Positions 1 to 12,731 of a stretch of DNA of 64,000 nt are shown in pieces. Both the position numbers and the translations under genes were made by a program. The notes under the pieces were generated by a model that saw only the letters and a list, made by a program, of their open reading frames with translations, was not told where the DNA came from and searched no databases. Origin of the DNA: Macrostomum lignano (lineage: Eukaryota); contig NIVC01001829.1 in assembly GCA_002269645.1 (NCBI GenBank), positions 62,001 to 126,000 on the forward strand. The letters are read 5' to 3'. Each line of letters begins with the position of its first letter. Position 1 is the first letter of the stretch.

Positions 1-2165
1 TGCTTACATATGCACCACCAACACTGAGTTATGCAACATTGGTGGAACCCCCACCTTTGACAACGGGCGATGGACGGAGGCCCTCGACGTTTCCCTCGTT
101 TCCCATGGCTTGGCTCCTTTAGTCAAGGACTGGGAGGTGTGGGACGAAGAGGAGTCTCTGTCTGACCATCGCTTCGTTCGTTTTCGATTGCAATCCTCTT
201 GCCCCAAGCCTCACATTCTGTGGAAAAGGAACATCCGGAACACTGACTGGACGGCTTTCACGTAGACCCTGAAATGCCAGACAGATCAGCTGACTACCGT
301 CGCTCCAACCACCTGTCAGGAAGTCGATGACCTTGCAGACTTGCTCAGCAAGACCGTCCTGACAGCCCATGAGGCTTCCTGTCCCCTTAAAGCCTACAAA
401 GGCAAAAAATCCGCCCCCTGGTGGCACCCGGCGCTCGGATCCCTCCGGCGCAAGGCAAAGTGCCTCCAGCGGAAAGCTCGCAAGAGCAAGGACCAGCTGA
501 CCTGGCCGCCTATCAAGAAGCGATCCGCGACTTTAAGCGTGAAACCAGGAAAACCAAGTTCGACAAATGGCGCCAATACTGCGCGGAGTTACAAGGCACA
601 CGCCCTACTTCGCGCGTAGTTAAGGCTCTCACCCTCGACAAAATGTCAAAGCTCTCAGTCATTAAAAGACCGGACGGCCGGCTCGCTGAGAACCCTGGGG
701 AATCGCTGGACATTATGCTAACCAGCTCTTTCCCACGTGCCGCACCGCAGCTAGGCCCACCGGACCACCTTGCGGGCGGACAGATCCTGGCTTCGACCAT
801 CATCACTAGAGAAAGGACGGCTCGCGCCGCAAAATCCTTCTCTCCTTTCAAGTCTCCGGGTCCTGACAACACTTATCCTGCCTTCCTTCATGAGGCAGTT
901 GAAAAAGACAGGTATCTCGGCCTCCTCTGCAACCTCTTCAAGGCCAGCATTACCCTCGGGTACGTGCCAAAAGCCTGGCAAGAGGCTACGGTAGTCTTCA
1001 TACCCAAGCCAGGGAAGGGAGACTATCACTGCCAAAGCTTACCGCCCTATCAATCTGACGTCTTTCTTCCTCAAACTGATGTAACGGCTGGTGCTCTGGC
1101 GCCTTCTCCTCGTTGAACTGAGGAACTCCCCGCTCTCCCCTAATCAGCACGCCTTTCGTCCTGGACGTTCCATCGAAAGTGCGCTGCACGCCATTGTCGA
1201 AAAGCTGGAGCGCGCCGTGCTTGGCAGTGGATACGCGCTATTGCTTTTCCTCGACATTGATGGTGCTTTCAATAATGTGCTCTTTGAAGCCTTTAAGCGG
1301 GCCCTGGAATCCCGGGGCACGCACGAGCACCTCACCTGCTGGATCATGTAACATGGTCTCCCATCGTACTGCCACCTCGCACCTCCTCGGACACTCATAC
1401 TCCGTGAAAGTCCAGAAAGGCGGACCGCAAGGTGGAGTCCTCAGCCCGATCCTCTGGAATTTAGTCATGGACGAGCTGCTTTGCAGCCCGCATCCGGACC
1501 CAGTTCAGAAGGTCGGCTATGCGGATGATGTTACCGCCACTGTGGCTGGACCATCACCCGCGGTCCTCAGGGACCTCCTTCAAGCCTTTATCCACCGTGC
1601 CAAGCGCTGGGCACATAGCTGCGGTCTCAGGTTCTCTGAGTCTGAAACCGTGGCTATCATGTTCACCAGCCGCCGAAACTGGAGGATCGAACCGCTCTCC
1701 CTCTATGGCAAACCCGTTGCCATGGAGAAACAAACCAGATGTCTGGGTGTCACCCTTGACTACAGGTTGAGTTGGACCCCGCACGTCCAAACCAAAGCTT
1801 GCAAAGCTCTCGCGACTCTCGCGCAGATACGGAGATTTCGGTGCTACCTGGGGCCTCACCCCCCGCCGCCTCTGGTGGATCTACACTGCCATTGTTAGAC
1901 CGGCCATCTCCTTCGCCGGCTTCATTTGGAACAGTGCCCTAGATATGAAAGGGGTTCTTGAGGCTCTAAATAGGGTACAAGGCCGCGCTTGTCGAGCTAT
2001 CATGAGCGCGGCTCCCTCTACGCCCTTCGCTGGCATGAACCTCTTTCCTGGACATTCCCCCCCTCGACCTTTATGTCAGAGGGCAGGCAATGAAGACCAC
2101 CCGCCGTCTGCTTGACGCGGGTGTCCAAATCCAGAAGCAGTTTGCCTTCAGAAAGCGGAACCTTT
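1..2165 (+). mobile_element. Non-LTR retrotransposon (APE-RT; I group, LOA/Lian- or R1-like), frameshifted and truncated at both ends
   Basis: Endonuclease end (EESLSDHRFVRF at about 150-185), then RT motifs across frames: KSPGPD, WQEATVVFIPKPGK, AFRPGRS, LFLDIDGAFNNV, GGPQGGVLSPILWN, GYADD; post-RT DIPPLDLYV at about 2050-2075. Clade call is by motif style only. Confidence 0.9.
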
Positions 2166-2199
2166 CTGCGGAACCAGTTTGCCAATTTTGTAAAAAATT

Positions 2200-5100
2200 T
2201 ATGCGATGCCGACCCATTTGTTACGGCACATATATCCCGATGCAGTGTCGCCTGTTAGATACCGGTAGCAGACGGAATCTAATTGGCAGCGATACTTGGT
2301 CTGCGATTAAGGCGCAGCACCCAAATTGCGTAGTTTCACCTATTTATTCCGATGCGATCCAAATGAATGATGGATCTACACTAGCGCTGCTAGGGAAAGT
2401 TTTTATTCCGATTGAGTTTGGCGACTTTAGCGCTGAAACTGAATTTTACATTGCTAAAGGCGCCCATGAAAATATTTTGGGGATTAACTTTATGAGAGAA
2501 AACTGCCTTGAGCTAAATTTTCAGCAAGGTATGTTGACTTTCAAATCGTTAACCCGTGTGCCAGTGAGATTTACTAGACGCGAAGCTGCAGCCAGTAGGT
2601 TGTATACAGCCGACAGGTATACAATTCCACCGCGCAGCACACGCGTAGTTGAAGTGAAGGTGGCGAAAGGGCGCCAAGATTTGAATGGCACGCCCCTGAT
2701 TTTCGAGCCACTGAAATCCGGTAATAGAGTAGGCAGCCTTACTTATACTATGGCGCCAGCACTCTTAACCGTGAATGAAGGCCACAGCTATTTAGAAATA
2801 ATCAATAATAGTTCGGCTGAAATTACAATTAGAAATAATGTACTGCTTGGAGTAGCTAGTCCGCTTAAGTGGCAGGACTTAGCTTACTTCGAAGAGCCAT
2901 CAGAGGCGCGAGTCAGACACTTGCAGCCGGATGATGCTCAAGCAGCAAAGAAGAGCTGGATAGATCAGATAGAAATTAGTGACCAGCTTTCAACAGATCA
3001 GAAGAAATTAGCTAGAGAACTGCTGCTCCAAAAGAGCGCAGCTTTCGCCAAAGACGAGCTAGACCATGGGCTCACGCATCTAGTGACTCATGAGATGATC
3101 ATGACTGATAACACTCCAGTCAGAATTCCGCCGCGCAGAGTGCCGCCGCACTTGCAGGAAAAGCTCGATGGCGTAATAGATGAGATGTTGGCAAAGAACA
3201 TCATCAGGCCAGCATACTCCAGTTACAACTCGCCAGTGCTGTTAGTACCTAAAAAGGATGGAACAGTTAGATTAGTGTTAGATTATCGCGAGTTGAATAA
3301 AAAATGTTTAAGGCACGTCTATCCTCTGCCTAACATTCAAGATACCTTTGCTTGCTTAAAGGGCTCGAATTTCTATTCTTGCCTAGACTTAGCGCAAGGT
3401 TTCTTTCAAATACCGCTTAGAAGATCAGCATAGAACAGCCTTTTCAATTATTAATCGTGGCCAATTTTGTTTTAATGTGTTACCAATGGGCTTGACTGAT
3501 TCGCCCGGCTCATTCCAAAGGACCATTAATTTGCTCCTAGAGGGATTGAAGCCCCATATTGCGCTCGGGTATATGGATGACATTCTAGTTCATTCAGTAA
3601 CCTTTGAGCAGCATCTTGCGCACTTAGAAACAGTGCTGCAGCGCGTAATTGACGCAAAACTGAAGCTGAAGGCGAAGAAATGTTCGCTGTTCTCAGCTGA
3701 GTTGGCTTACTTAGGACATAAGCTAACTCCTGAACGTGTCAAGACGGATGAGGCGAAGCTCGCCACAATCCGCGATTGGCCAGTGCCGCGCACAGCCTCG
3801 CAGTTGCGCAGTTTTCTAGGCCTGGCCCAGTACTATAAGAAGTACATTAAGGACTATTCTAGTATAGCATCGCCATTGCACGCTTTAACGCGCAAAACTA
3901 TCACTAGCCTGTCAAAATTATGGACTGATGAGCATCAACAAGCTTTTCAGGCCCTGAAAGACAAATTATGTTCTTCAGAAGTTTTAGCTTATCCTGAATT
4001 TACCAGTGATCCTAAGGTGTCATTCATCTTGGACACAGATGCTAGTGATATTGGAATTGGCGCATGCTTAGGCCAGATTCAGTCTGATGGCGAAGAGCAT
4101 CCTATTGCTTACTTCAGCCGCAAGTTGTCAGCTGCAGAAATGCGCTACACGACAACTAAGAAAGAGTTGTTAGCGATTGTCGATTCTCTCCGACATTTCC
4201 GCTACTATCTACTAGGGAAGAAGTTCAAGATTAGGACAGACCATTCCGCGCTTTGCTGGCTACTTCGCCAAACTGAAGCCACCGGAATTCTAGGTCGTTG
4301 GGTGCAGAGGTTGAGTGAGTTTGATTTCGAGTTGTCCCATAGAGCTGGGAAACTGCACGTCAACGCTGACACGTTGTCCAGGAAGCCGGAGACCCCGGCC
4401 CAATGTTCAACTAGCGCCTTGAATAACCCATGCGAGATACGGGAGGCAACTGTCTCAGGCCCCCGACTGACCGCATTGCTGGAGGAGAGTGCGCCAGCGA
4501 AAGATGCTGCTGTAAAGCGCATCAAAAGTGCCTGCAAGAAATCAGACTGGGAAAGAAGCGAGGAGGCCACTGTGAATTCAGCCCACCCGCCGGAAATCCC
4601 TCAACACTCAGGATGTGATGAAGGCGCATTGAGGCCCGACTGCTCTCCCATGAGCCCGCCTAATGCAACCGATAGTCTAACTAAGACTCCATGGCTCGAT
4701 TGCTTTCCCATAAGCCTGCCAGGTGTCGCCAAACCAAGTGCGCAGAACTCGAATTGCTCCCCGCTGAGCCGTTCTGCTGCAATGCCGACTATCTCGAAGG
4801 TCAAATCGAAGCGATCACTGACCCTGATGTCGAGCAATCCTGCTGAGATGGGCACTGAAGCGTCGATACGATGCGGATTCCAATCCCGCCTTCGACATGC
4901 CAATCAGCAGTGGATGAAGAATTCTGCCAGAGCCAGAAAGGCGCCTCAGAATTGGCTGCCAGAATCTGAGTGCTCTGATGATGATGATGATGCAACAGGT
5001 TTGGACTGCACGACAGAATCTGAGACCAATCGACAGCCTGATTCGCCCGCTAGAAGCACCGATTACGAGACAGGAGCTGCTTGAAGCGCAGAAGAGAGAC

Positions 5101-6882
5101 CCTGTGCTCGCGAAAATCGCTGAGTTGAAGGCGCAGAGTGCGCCCAAACCGTCTTTTGACGAGAGACTAAGCATGAGCAAGGAAATGAGAAACCTGCTCG
5201 GGTACTATGAGACCCTATGCTTAGATAATGATGGCATTCTAATGATAGATTTCGATGATAATCGACCCATTAGATTTGTCTTGCCAAAGGAGTTAGACGC
5301 TGCAGTAATGCGCGCACTGCATGACTCCCCGCTAAGCGGCCATTTGGGCCAGAAAAAGACTCTGCAGAGAGTCCAGCAGTTATTCTGGAGACCCGGAATT
5401 CACACTGTGGTCGATCGTTATATCGCCCAGTGTAGAGCTTGCTTAGAGAGCAAAGTCAGGCGCAAAGTGCACTTGCCGCCTCAGAAATTCCCGGTCGGAG
5501 ATGTGTTAGACCGCGTACACTTGGATATCATGGGCCCAATCAATCAGCCTAGTGCTGCAGGCCATAGATATGTCCTAACCTTGTGTGACGCGACGTCAAA
5601 GTATCCGTGGGCCTATGCTCTGAGAAATCAGAAGGCCAAGTCAATCATTAAAGTGATTCAGGAACAGTTCATTCCAATTTACGGTGTGCCAGCCCAGTTC
5701 CATTCTGATCAAGGAACCAATTTCACGGGCGCCGCCTTTAAAATTTTTTGCAAATTATATGGGATAAGACACAGTAACTTGTCCATATAATCCTGCATCT
5801 AATGGACTTGTTGAGAACCTGAATCGAAATATTAAGTCTGTGCTGACTTGTCTGTTAGAGACCAAGCACAAAGATTGGGCACACTATCTGCCAGCTTGCT
5901 TAATAGCGCTGCGCACGGCTGTTCACTCAGTGACAGGATACAGCCCGCATTTTCTGATGTTTGGTCGCACGTTCAATTTGCCTATTGAGAACGCATTGCG
6001 CCACTCACATGATTATCAGAATTTGCCAGATTATGTGCGCCAATTTGTAAGTAGACTGAGTGAGGCGACCGCCCTAGCAAAAGAGCGAATTCGTGCTCAG
6101 CAGGATTTGCGCGTAGATCACTGCCGGAAAACCGCAAGTAGATCCGCTGCAGCCAGGACAATTAGTGTTCTTGGCGAATCCAGTGCTAGAGGCCGGTGAA
6201 GCGCCGAAATTCCATAGACCGCGGAAGGCCGTTTATGAGGTGATCGAGCAGAAGGGCGAGCTGGTCTACAAGATCCGTCGCCAAGGCGAGAAGCGCCGTG
6301 CTCGAAAAGAGGTGCTTGTAGTGCACCGGAAGAATCTGCTCCCTGTAACAACTGCCGACTATCTCCCACAGGTCGCAGAAGCACCGCATCCGATGTACCG
6401 ACAGCGTTGTCATCCGGCGCCACAGGCTGCTACCGAAGCGCCAGGCTGCCACGCTGACTCTTGCACCGAGGACTCCGACGAGGACGAAGATGAGAGCATG
6501 GTCGACGTGAATTGGGCGCACCCAGCTGCAGCCGCCGCTGCCCTGTGGTCGACGCGCTCGCCGCCGCCGCTGCGACCACGGAGCTGAAACGGAGAGAGAA
6601 GATTTTGCGCCCATTGAGGTTGCGCAGTTGCCGTCACGCAACCCAAGCCCACGCGAATCTCCTACTCCCGCGCTCCCATCCCCCATCGCACCTGAGCAAC
6701 AACTAAGAGAAATTTCAACTGTAGATAGGCAGGCAACTAGGACTAGGGACGTCGATCTAGTGACACTAAACCGCCCAGAGCGATTGCGCAGGGAACCTGA
6801 TAGGTTACAGGTCAACCCTAGCCGCAAGACATATGCGTCTCGCCTGGCCAGGATACTTAACCGAATATTTCGCCGAAAGTAA
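2200..6882 (+). pseudogene. Disrupted Gypsy pol of element A
   Basis: Split into ORF pieces 2090-3433, 3477-5084, 4978-5790, 5840-6199, 6165-6587, 6628-6882 by stops and frameshifts. Confidence 0.9.
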
Positions 6883-6907
6883 TTGCCTTCCAGCGACGGA
6901 AACGTCA

Positions 6908-7816
6908 ATGGACGAAGCACCTGAAAGAGTGCCGACCAGGCCCAAGCTGCCGAAATGTCCAAAGAAGTCGGAAACCGTCGCCAAGCGGGTCGCTGATTTG
7001 AAGGCCCAAGGGAGATTGACTCTGAAGAGCTCCGTTGTGGTACCCCCTCGGAGCAGGGTGCCAGACTTGACGTTCATGGAAGATCAAATTGATATTTTCG
7101 CCCCTAACTCACCCCTAGACTCAAACAGCCCGCCGCCGCGCCTCAATAGGCTGCTGCCGATAGAGTCTAGTGATAGGGAGGAGCGCCGAACCGATGGTTC
7201 GCGCCTAACGGAACCAAAGGCGCGCCAGCCAGAGGGCAGTTTGGCTAGGCGCCCACCAGAGATAGGCAATGACCTTGAGTCGCGCCCGCCGAATGCCGCC
7301 GGGAAGAACAGACCGCCGCGTCGACGTGGAAAGCGCGGAGGCCGATTTCGCGGCCCTGCCGGGCGGCAGCTGTTTTTACAGTTGCGCCAGGCTGCCGCTG
7401 CGGTCGCGACGTCCACCCCGCGCCACGCTCGCAACGTCCGACCGCCTGAGCCGCGCCCAGAGACAGGTCAGCTGGCTCCGCCGCCGTCGAGCTGTAGCAG
7501 CTCCACGTCCACTGATGACCTGACGGCGTGGGCGAAACAAACACAGGCGCAATCGATTGACAACCTGTTGGTCCTGGCCGGCACACGACGGCACCTATTC
7601 ACCGATCTACTGCCGGACTTACAGGTACAGCTGAGGCAGGAGAGCCTGCAATACCGCCAGTCGCTCTACGAATGGGCCGCCAATCTGGCAGCCCGAGCGC
7701 TGGCTGACCAGAACTTCGACCGCCAGCACGTTGAGTTAGTGGCGCGCCGGTTCGCCGCTCAGCTGGGCCACGCCGACCTGCCACCGACGCTCAAGGCCGT
7801 CCTCCTGCCAATGTAG
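6908..7816 (+). CDS. Extra ORF (ORF3) of element A, 302 aa, Pro/Arg-rich N-part and helical C-part, function unknown
   Basis: ATG 6908 lies 14 nt after an acceptor-like TAATTGCCTTCCAG (ends 6893); intact ORF between pol stop and PPT; no obvious signal peptide or TM segment. Confidence 0.7.
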   Translation: MDEAPERVPTRPKLPKCPKKSETVAKRVADLKAQGRLTLKSSVVVPPRSRVPDLTFMEDQIDIFAPNSPLDSNSPPPRLNRLLPIESSDREERRTDGSRLTEPKARQPEGSLARRPPEIGNDLESRPPNAAGKNRPPRRRGKRGGRFRGPAGRQLFLQLRQAAAAVATSTPRHARNVRPPEPRPETGQLAPPPSSCSSSTSTDDLTAWAKQTQAQSIDNLLVLAGTRRHLFTDLLPDLQVQLRQESLQYRQSLYEWAANLAARALADQNFDRQHVELVARRFAAQLGHADLPPTLKAVLLPM

Positions 7817-8252
7817 TTTAACAGGGCAAACTATGACAAACTCAATTTGGGTGACTCGGTCAAAATCCGCAACTTAACTATTCGTGTGCTGTAGGCCAAT
7901 GTGGCCTTAACTTAGCATTTCTTTATTTTCTTTTAATTTTTTAGGTCAATTTATCGATCCTTCCCCCCTCTCAGCGTTGAGTCGTTTGCATTTCTATGAA
8001 TCAGGCATATCTCTGTTTTTATCATACTTCGTACACCGGTTAACTCATCCGTTATTATGTTATTCCTCGTTCTTAATTATTCTGCGTGCTTGCCAGCCAA
8101 TAAGGTCGCCATTTCTTTAATTCGTTTTTCTATTTTACGCCTATATATCATTGCATGTAACATCTTTATGAATAAAACTGTTGAACTTACCTATTTTTCA
8201 AATAAACGCTGAAGCCGTCAGCTTCTTCCGGCTCATCTTTTAGCTGGAGGAG

Positions 8253-9714
8253 TGATGTGGCCGCAGCCTTCTGCTGCAAGCATAGGGCCGCAGTCACATC
8301 TTAGGCACTGCTGTCCGCTGCTAGTATCTGGAATAGGAATTTTCTGCTGCCTCCATGCACTCTAAGCAGCCTTCCTTGGCGCTCAGAAGTTGCACAATAT
8401 GGCGCAATCTTTAACATAGGAAATTAGGAAGTTTGCCTAGCCTAGGGTTAGTTAGTGGAAGCCGCCAAATTTGGCGCTTGCCTGTACTGTTGGCGCTTGC
8501 CTGTTGCCTGGCCTGCCGCGTACAATCGCTCAGAGTACGCAAGTCTAGTTAGCCGCACTCCTCCCCCGTGCGCTCTCTGGACCCTTCCCCCTTCTGCTCT
8601 CTCGTTCCTCCTGCGTCCGAGCCTCTCCCCATGCGTCATTCTATTTTTAGACTGAGGGTTTTCGCGGACCCCGTGTCCCGAGCTGAACCCTCCCTCACGT
8701 GCAGCCTTGTGCGCACAAGCCCAAATTTTGCATGCTATTGTCACTGGTGGCTTGAGGCGACTGTCGGCGCTTCGTACAAGCTACTCTCCCCCATGTTTAA
8801 TCAATATCTGTTGTGCATCATTATCCGCACTTTTCGGGCTGCAGTCCCATGGTCAAGCCACGGAATGCCCAAACGCTCCACCCTCCGCGTTCTATATTAA
8901 CGAATGCAGGCCCGCTTGTCTGATTTTTCCTCAGAACCGCCTCGTGAGGACTTGTCGAGAGCTTTCTCCAAGTCTAGCGCTCTAGCGACGGTTAACAGCG
9001 AAGCAAAGCTCCTGAGCAGGTCTTGGTAGAGCTATAAGCATCGCTAAGCAGCTGCAAGCTCCTGAGCAGGTCTTGGTAGAGCATTGCAGCGCTCAAGCAG
9101 AAAGCACGCTCCTGAGCAGGTCTTGGTAGAGCATTGCTAGTGCTACAGCTCTGGTTTTCCAGCCTACCCTATTGGCAGGAAATCAGTTGGCTGAAGCCAT
9201 TCTGCTAGTGTCTATTCGCGACACAGGCGCGAATAAGAGTGAGAGTGAGTGTGCAGTCGCAGCTCTCGTGCGCGATTCTAAAGATAGCTGTTAGTTATAG
9301 GCCTAGAGTCTATTGCTGCTTCAGGCGCATAGACCTATTCCTCGCCGCCCATCTGCGCGAGACATAGCTATTAGGTTAGTAGGAGTTAGGGGTCCTCTGA
9401 GAGCTAAACTTAGACACGCTCAAGCGCGGACATTGTCAGTGCCAGGACTGCGCCGCTCAGGCCATTTGCTACCATTGAGTCCTGTCACTTAGACATTGAA
9501 ATATCTGAGACTAGTTGTTCTAGCGTTATTTATTTGCGTGGACCCCAAACAGACCCCTTCATTGCGGATCCTACGGTTCCCACGCTGGTGGCAGCACTAC
9601 CCTTGATCTTAGATTTCTCCCCAGTCTCAACCCCCATAAGTATAACCGCTAAGACTGCCCCGGCCAATAGCAGTCCACCTCGTTCTATCCCGGGCAGTAA
9701 AGCGAGTTATTACA
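8253..9714 (+). repeat. 3' LTR of element A (about 1.46 kb)
   Basis: Starts TGATG right after the PPT; end TTATTACA at 9714 inferred from similarity of 9598-9714 to the LTR end preceding the PBS at 30392. Confidence 0.65.
9008..9140 (+). repeat. Three 25-bp identical repeats at exact 50-bp period inside LTR A
   Basis: GCTCCTGAGCAGGTCTTGGTAGAGC at 9008, 9058, 9108. Confidence 0.95.
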
Positions 9715-12700
9715 CTAGGGTTTCGTCAGGGAAGTTGCGTCGGTTACCGCTAATCTCGTGGTATTCTCTGGCTATCTGTTAACTGATGGCTAAGATTTTA
9801 AACTCAAAGCTACTTTGTGTCTTCTTACCTAACTTTTAGCGCTATATTATTTACACTATATTAGTATGTTATATGTATTTTGTGATCGACCTCAATCTTT
9901 TCTCAATCCCTGGTGAGAACAGCATAAAGAAAACAGCTATTTACAGATAGACAACGGTTTAAGGATGGCCAGTCTACTTTGAATGATCAGCAGCCACGCC
10001 CTTTGGGGTTAAAAAAGTTTGCCTACCACTGCCCTTGTACTTAATTAAGACCTTGTCCTTAAGACTTCTAGCTGGAGGGATAGGGATAAAAGGGTCTACA
10101 AGATTCCTTTAACTTTACTAGCTGTCGAGCTTTAAAATACAGAAACAATGTACGAAATGAGAATAGAGAATATACTATATGAAAATAAATAATTTTTGTA
10201 AGTGCTGTATTACAGTGGCATGGCAATTAATATACATGTATTCGCGTTATGTGTTGCATTCGAGAGCAGTAATTTGTCTACTCGTATAATAGCTAGCACA
10301 AGTATACACAACATTCGAAGCATACTTGAAATTGAAATGGAATTATATACTTAAAACTGCGCCTATTTAACACGTAAAGCGCACGGAAAATCCCCACTAC
10401 TTAAATAGTAGGGAATAGTGCTTATTGTGAAATGGAAAGTCAGCAAAGTTTTTTTTATACACTGCCACTGCGCTTGGACGTTTTTTCAACTGTTTTAGTT
10501 TAGGTCCGGCGGCGCACTCGACGTGCCATACTTATCTAAGTTGAGTCATACGGATACAAGTATTATTGATTGCTAAAATAAAATTGGCTACCTCAATTGC
10601 AAACTTTTCAAGTCAGGACTCAGTTGCTACTGGTACTTGGTAGTGTGGTACATAAATGAAGTTTTAATGTTTCTCATGTTGCAAAACCAGGTAGCGCTAC
10701 TTGGAAAGTTTATTACAAAAAAGATTCTACCTGAATGGACTTTGAAAGTCTAAAATTAGAAGACTTTTTTTTCAAGTTTCCAAGTTGCAACACCAGTAAA
10801 TAAAAATGTCTTTTTTCCTAAGAAAACATGTATACATGTACTCGTAATATCAGATGCAAAAAAAATATTGATTCCGATTGTCTTTTTGAAACTTACTTGT
10901 CCTCAAAGCCAACTGTGTCTATACAACTTTGATGTACACGTACATGTACTTTAATATCGACCCTTCTTATGTTGAACAACAGCTATAGTACTTGGATGTA
11001 CTTTTGAAGGTTTCTCATATTGACCGACTAGTCTACTTGGACTTGTCTACTTGGATTGGATGTACTTTTAATGTTTTTTATGCTGACCGTTAAGCTTTCT
11101 TACATGTACATGTACGAGCGTAAATATTATATTCTTTGTTTTTAAGTTTTTAATGCTAGAATAGTTGCAGCCAAGAGGACCCAGAGTCTCGGGCTCTTGG
11201 TCAAATGATATTCGAATGAATTAGGCCTGCTATTTAATTTAATCAGGTGGTCAATGTACGTGGCTTCAGACTTATTCAAACCTAGTAGGCTAGTGTGAGC
11301 CCCTACAAAAATTGCAGTCATTGTGTAAATGTCTAATCCAGTAGTCCCTGGTCTAATCTTGTATTCTTGTATACTGAATCACAATATTTCTTCCTACATA
11401 CTAAATATCTAATCTATGTCTGTCCGTATCCTAAAAATTGTTTGTCGGTAGGTAGGTATGTGATATGTTGAGAATTGAGAATTGAGAATTCTAAAATGCA
11501 CAGCCAAGAATTCTCTCCATGGACCATGGTATGTGATGTTGATGTAGCTCGTACTGTACTGTGATGTACTGCCCTGGCAATGACCTAGGGCTAAAAGTAA
11601 GGGTCGAAATGCATAGCAATAAAATAAAAAACGAGTTCATTGTTCTCTCCTTCATTCTTACTTATTAATCGAGCTACTGTACTTGAATAGACAAAAATTA
11701 TATTTCTTCAAGGCTATTAAGGCTAAATTACAGATCAACCAGAGTCCAGATTCAACCTATTATAGAGAGGGTCATATGACTCATAGCTAGCCTTTGAAAT
11801 AGGACTATGCCAGCCATGTGGAAACTGTAAATATCATAGAGTAGGTCTTATCTGTTGTGGCACATGTCTAACTAGATGGCCACACTGCAAGCCTCTAAGA
11901 GTCTAAGGTGGTCATGCCCATAGCTTTAAGTCTAATTGGCTTATGCAAGGAGAGGTAGCTTTCAACCTAACCTTTCATTTACTATTGGTTTTTTTTAGCT
12001 CCTATGGTATAGAGTCAGAGAGGACCATTTTGTGTATATCTCTTATTTCTTAAAATATAATTTTGACTACAATTGACTATTATCAGTTAGGCTTCTCCAT
12101 ATACTTGTATAATCTACAATAGCCTAATTGAGTATTGGTTACCATTCCAAAGGCAAAGCTATCCAAAACTAAATAGTTTGGCTAATCAGGTGGAGAGATT
12201 AAAGTGGGGAGGATTGATAAGAGAGAGCTTCTGTTAATTAAGCATTAACAAAATGTATAGCTATGGCTAGAGTGTCTATGCAAATAATATAGCTACCTTG
12301 CTTACCTATATTGGCTATATAGGTCGAAGGTCTCTCATCCTACAAATGAAAGACTTCAGTCTTCATTACTACCTAGTCCTTTTCTAGCCCTTTTTAAGGG
12401 TTGAATGGGTGCCAAACTTTATCTCAGTCCTTGTCTTCTATCTATAAACATGCTCATTGTAAATGTTTATACTGGGGAGATAAGCAGAACTGCTATTTCA
12501 ACTATCAGCTTTGGGCAACTTGGATCTCAACCAATCCTTGACAAGGGAGCAAACTAAATAGCTCAACAAATGCCTTAAATAGCTATAGGAGCAGACTCAT
12601 AACTTGGCAAATCCTTTCAAGTAAACCCCCACCCTAACAAAAAGTTATATTATGCGAGGCTACAAGGCTACTGTATCATTTCTTAATATGCAAAAACATT

Positions 12701-12731
12701 TTAATTTCAGTGCAACAGTCTGTTAAGTTTA

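Larger units (their letters stand above)
2170..9714 (+). mobile_element. Ty3/Gypsy element A: pol, extra ORF, PPT and 3' LTR; 5' LTR and gag missing
   Basis: Domain order PR (LDTGS), RT (YNSPVLLV, YMDDILV), RNaseH (DTDASDIGIGACL), IN (GHLG, HLDIMGP, HSDQG), pol tail REPDRLQVNP; purine tract GCTGGAGGAG 8243-8252 followed by TG. Confidence 0.92.

Noticed and set aside
2090-2260. Apparent in-frame LINE-Gypsy protease fusion ORF (2090-3433)
   Set aside because: The natural protease N-terminus (PFVTAHISRCSVAC) is in another frame; the continuous ORF arises from a deletion junction near 2165 plus a frameshift before LDTGS.
6908-7816. ORF3 as retroviral Env
   Set aside because: No signal peptide, hydrophobic TM segment or Cys-rich ectodomain in any of the three ORF3s.
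9008-9140. CRISPR array
   Set aside because: Eukaryotic LTR context, only three units, partly similar spacers and no cas genes; kept only as a repeat finding.
9780-12700. Genes or MULE TIRs in the AT-rich stretch
   Set aside because: No ORF or splice pattern and no convincing inverted partner; only a lone hAT-like end (GTTTGCCTACCACTG near 10016-10030).
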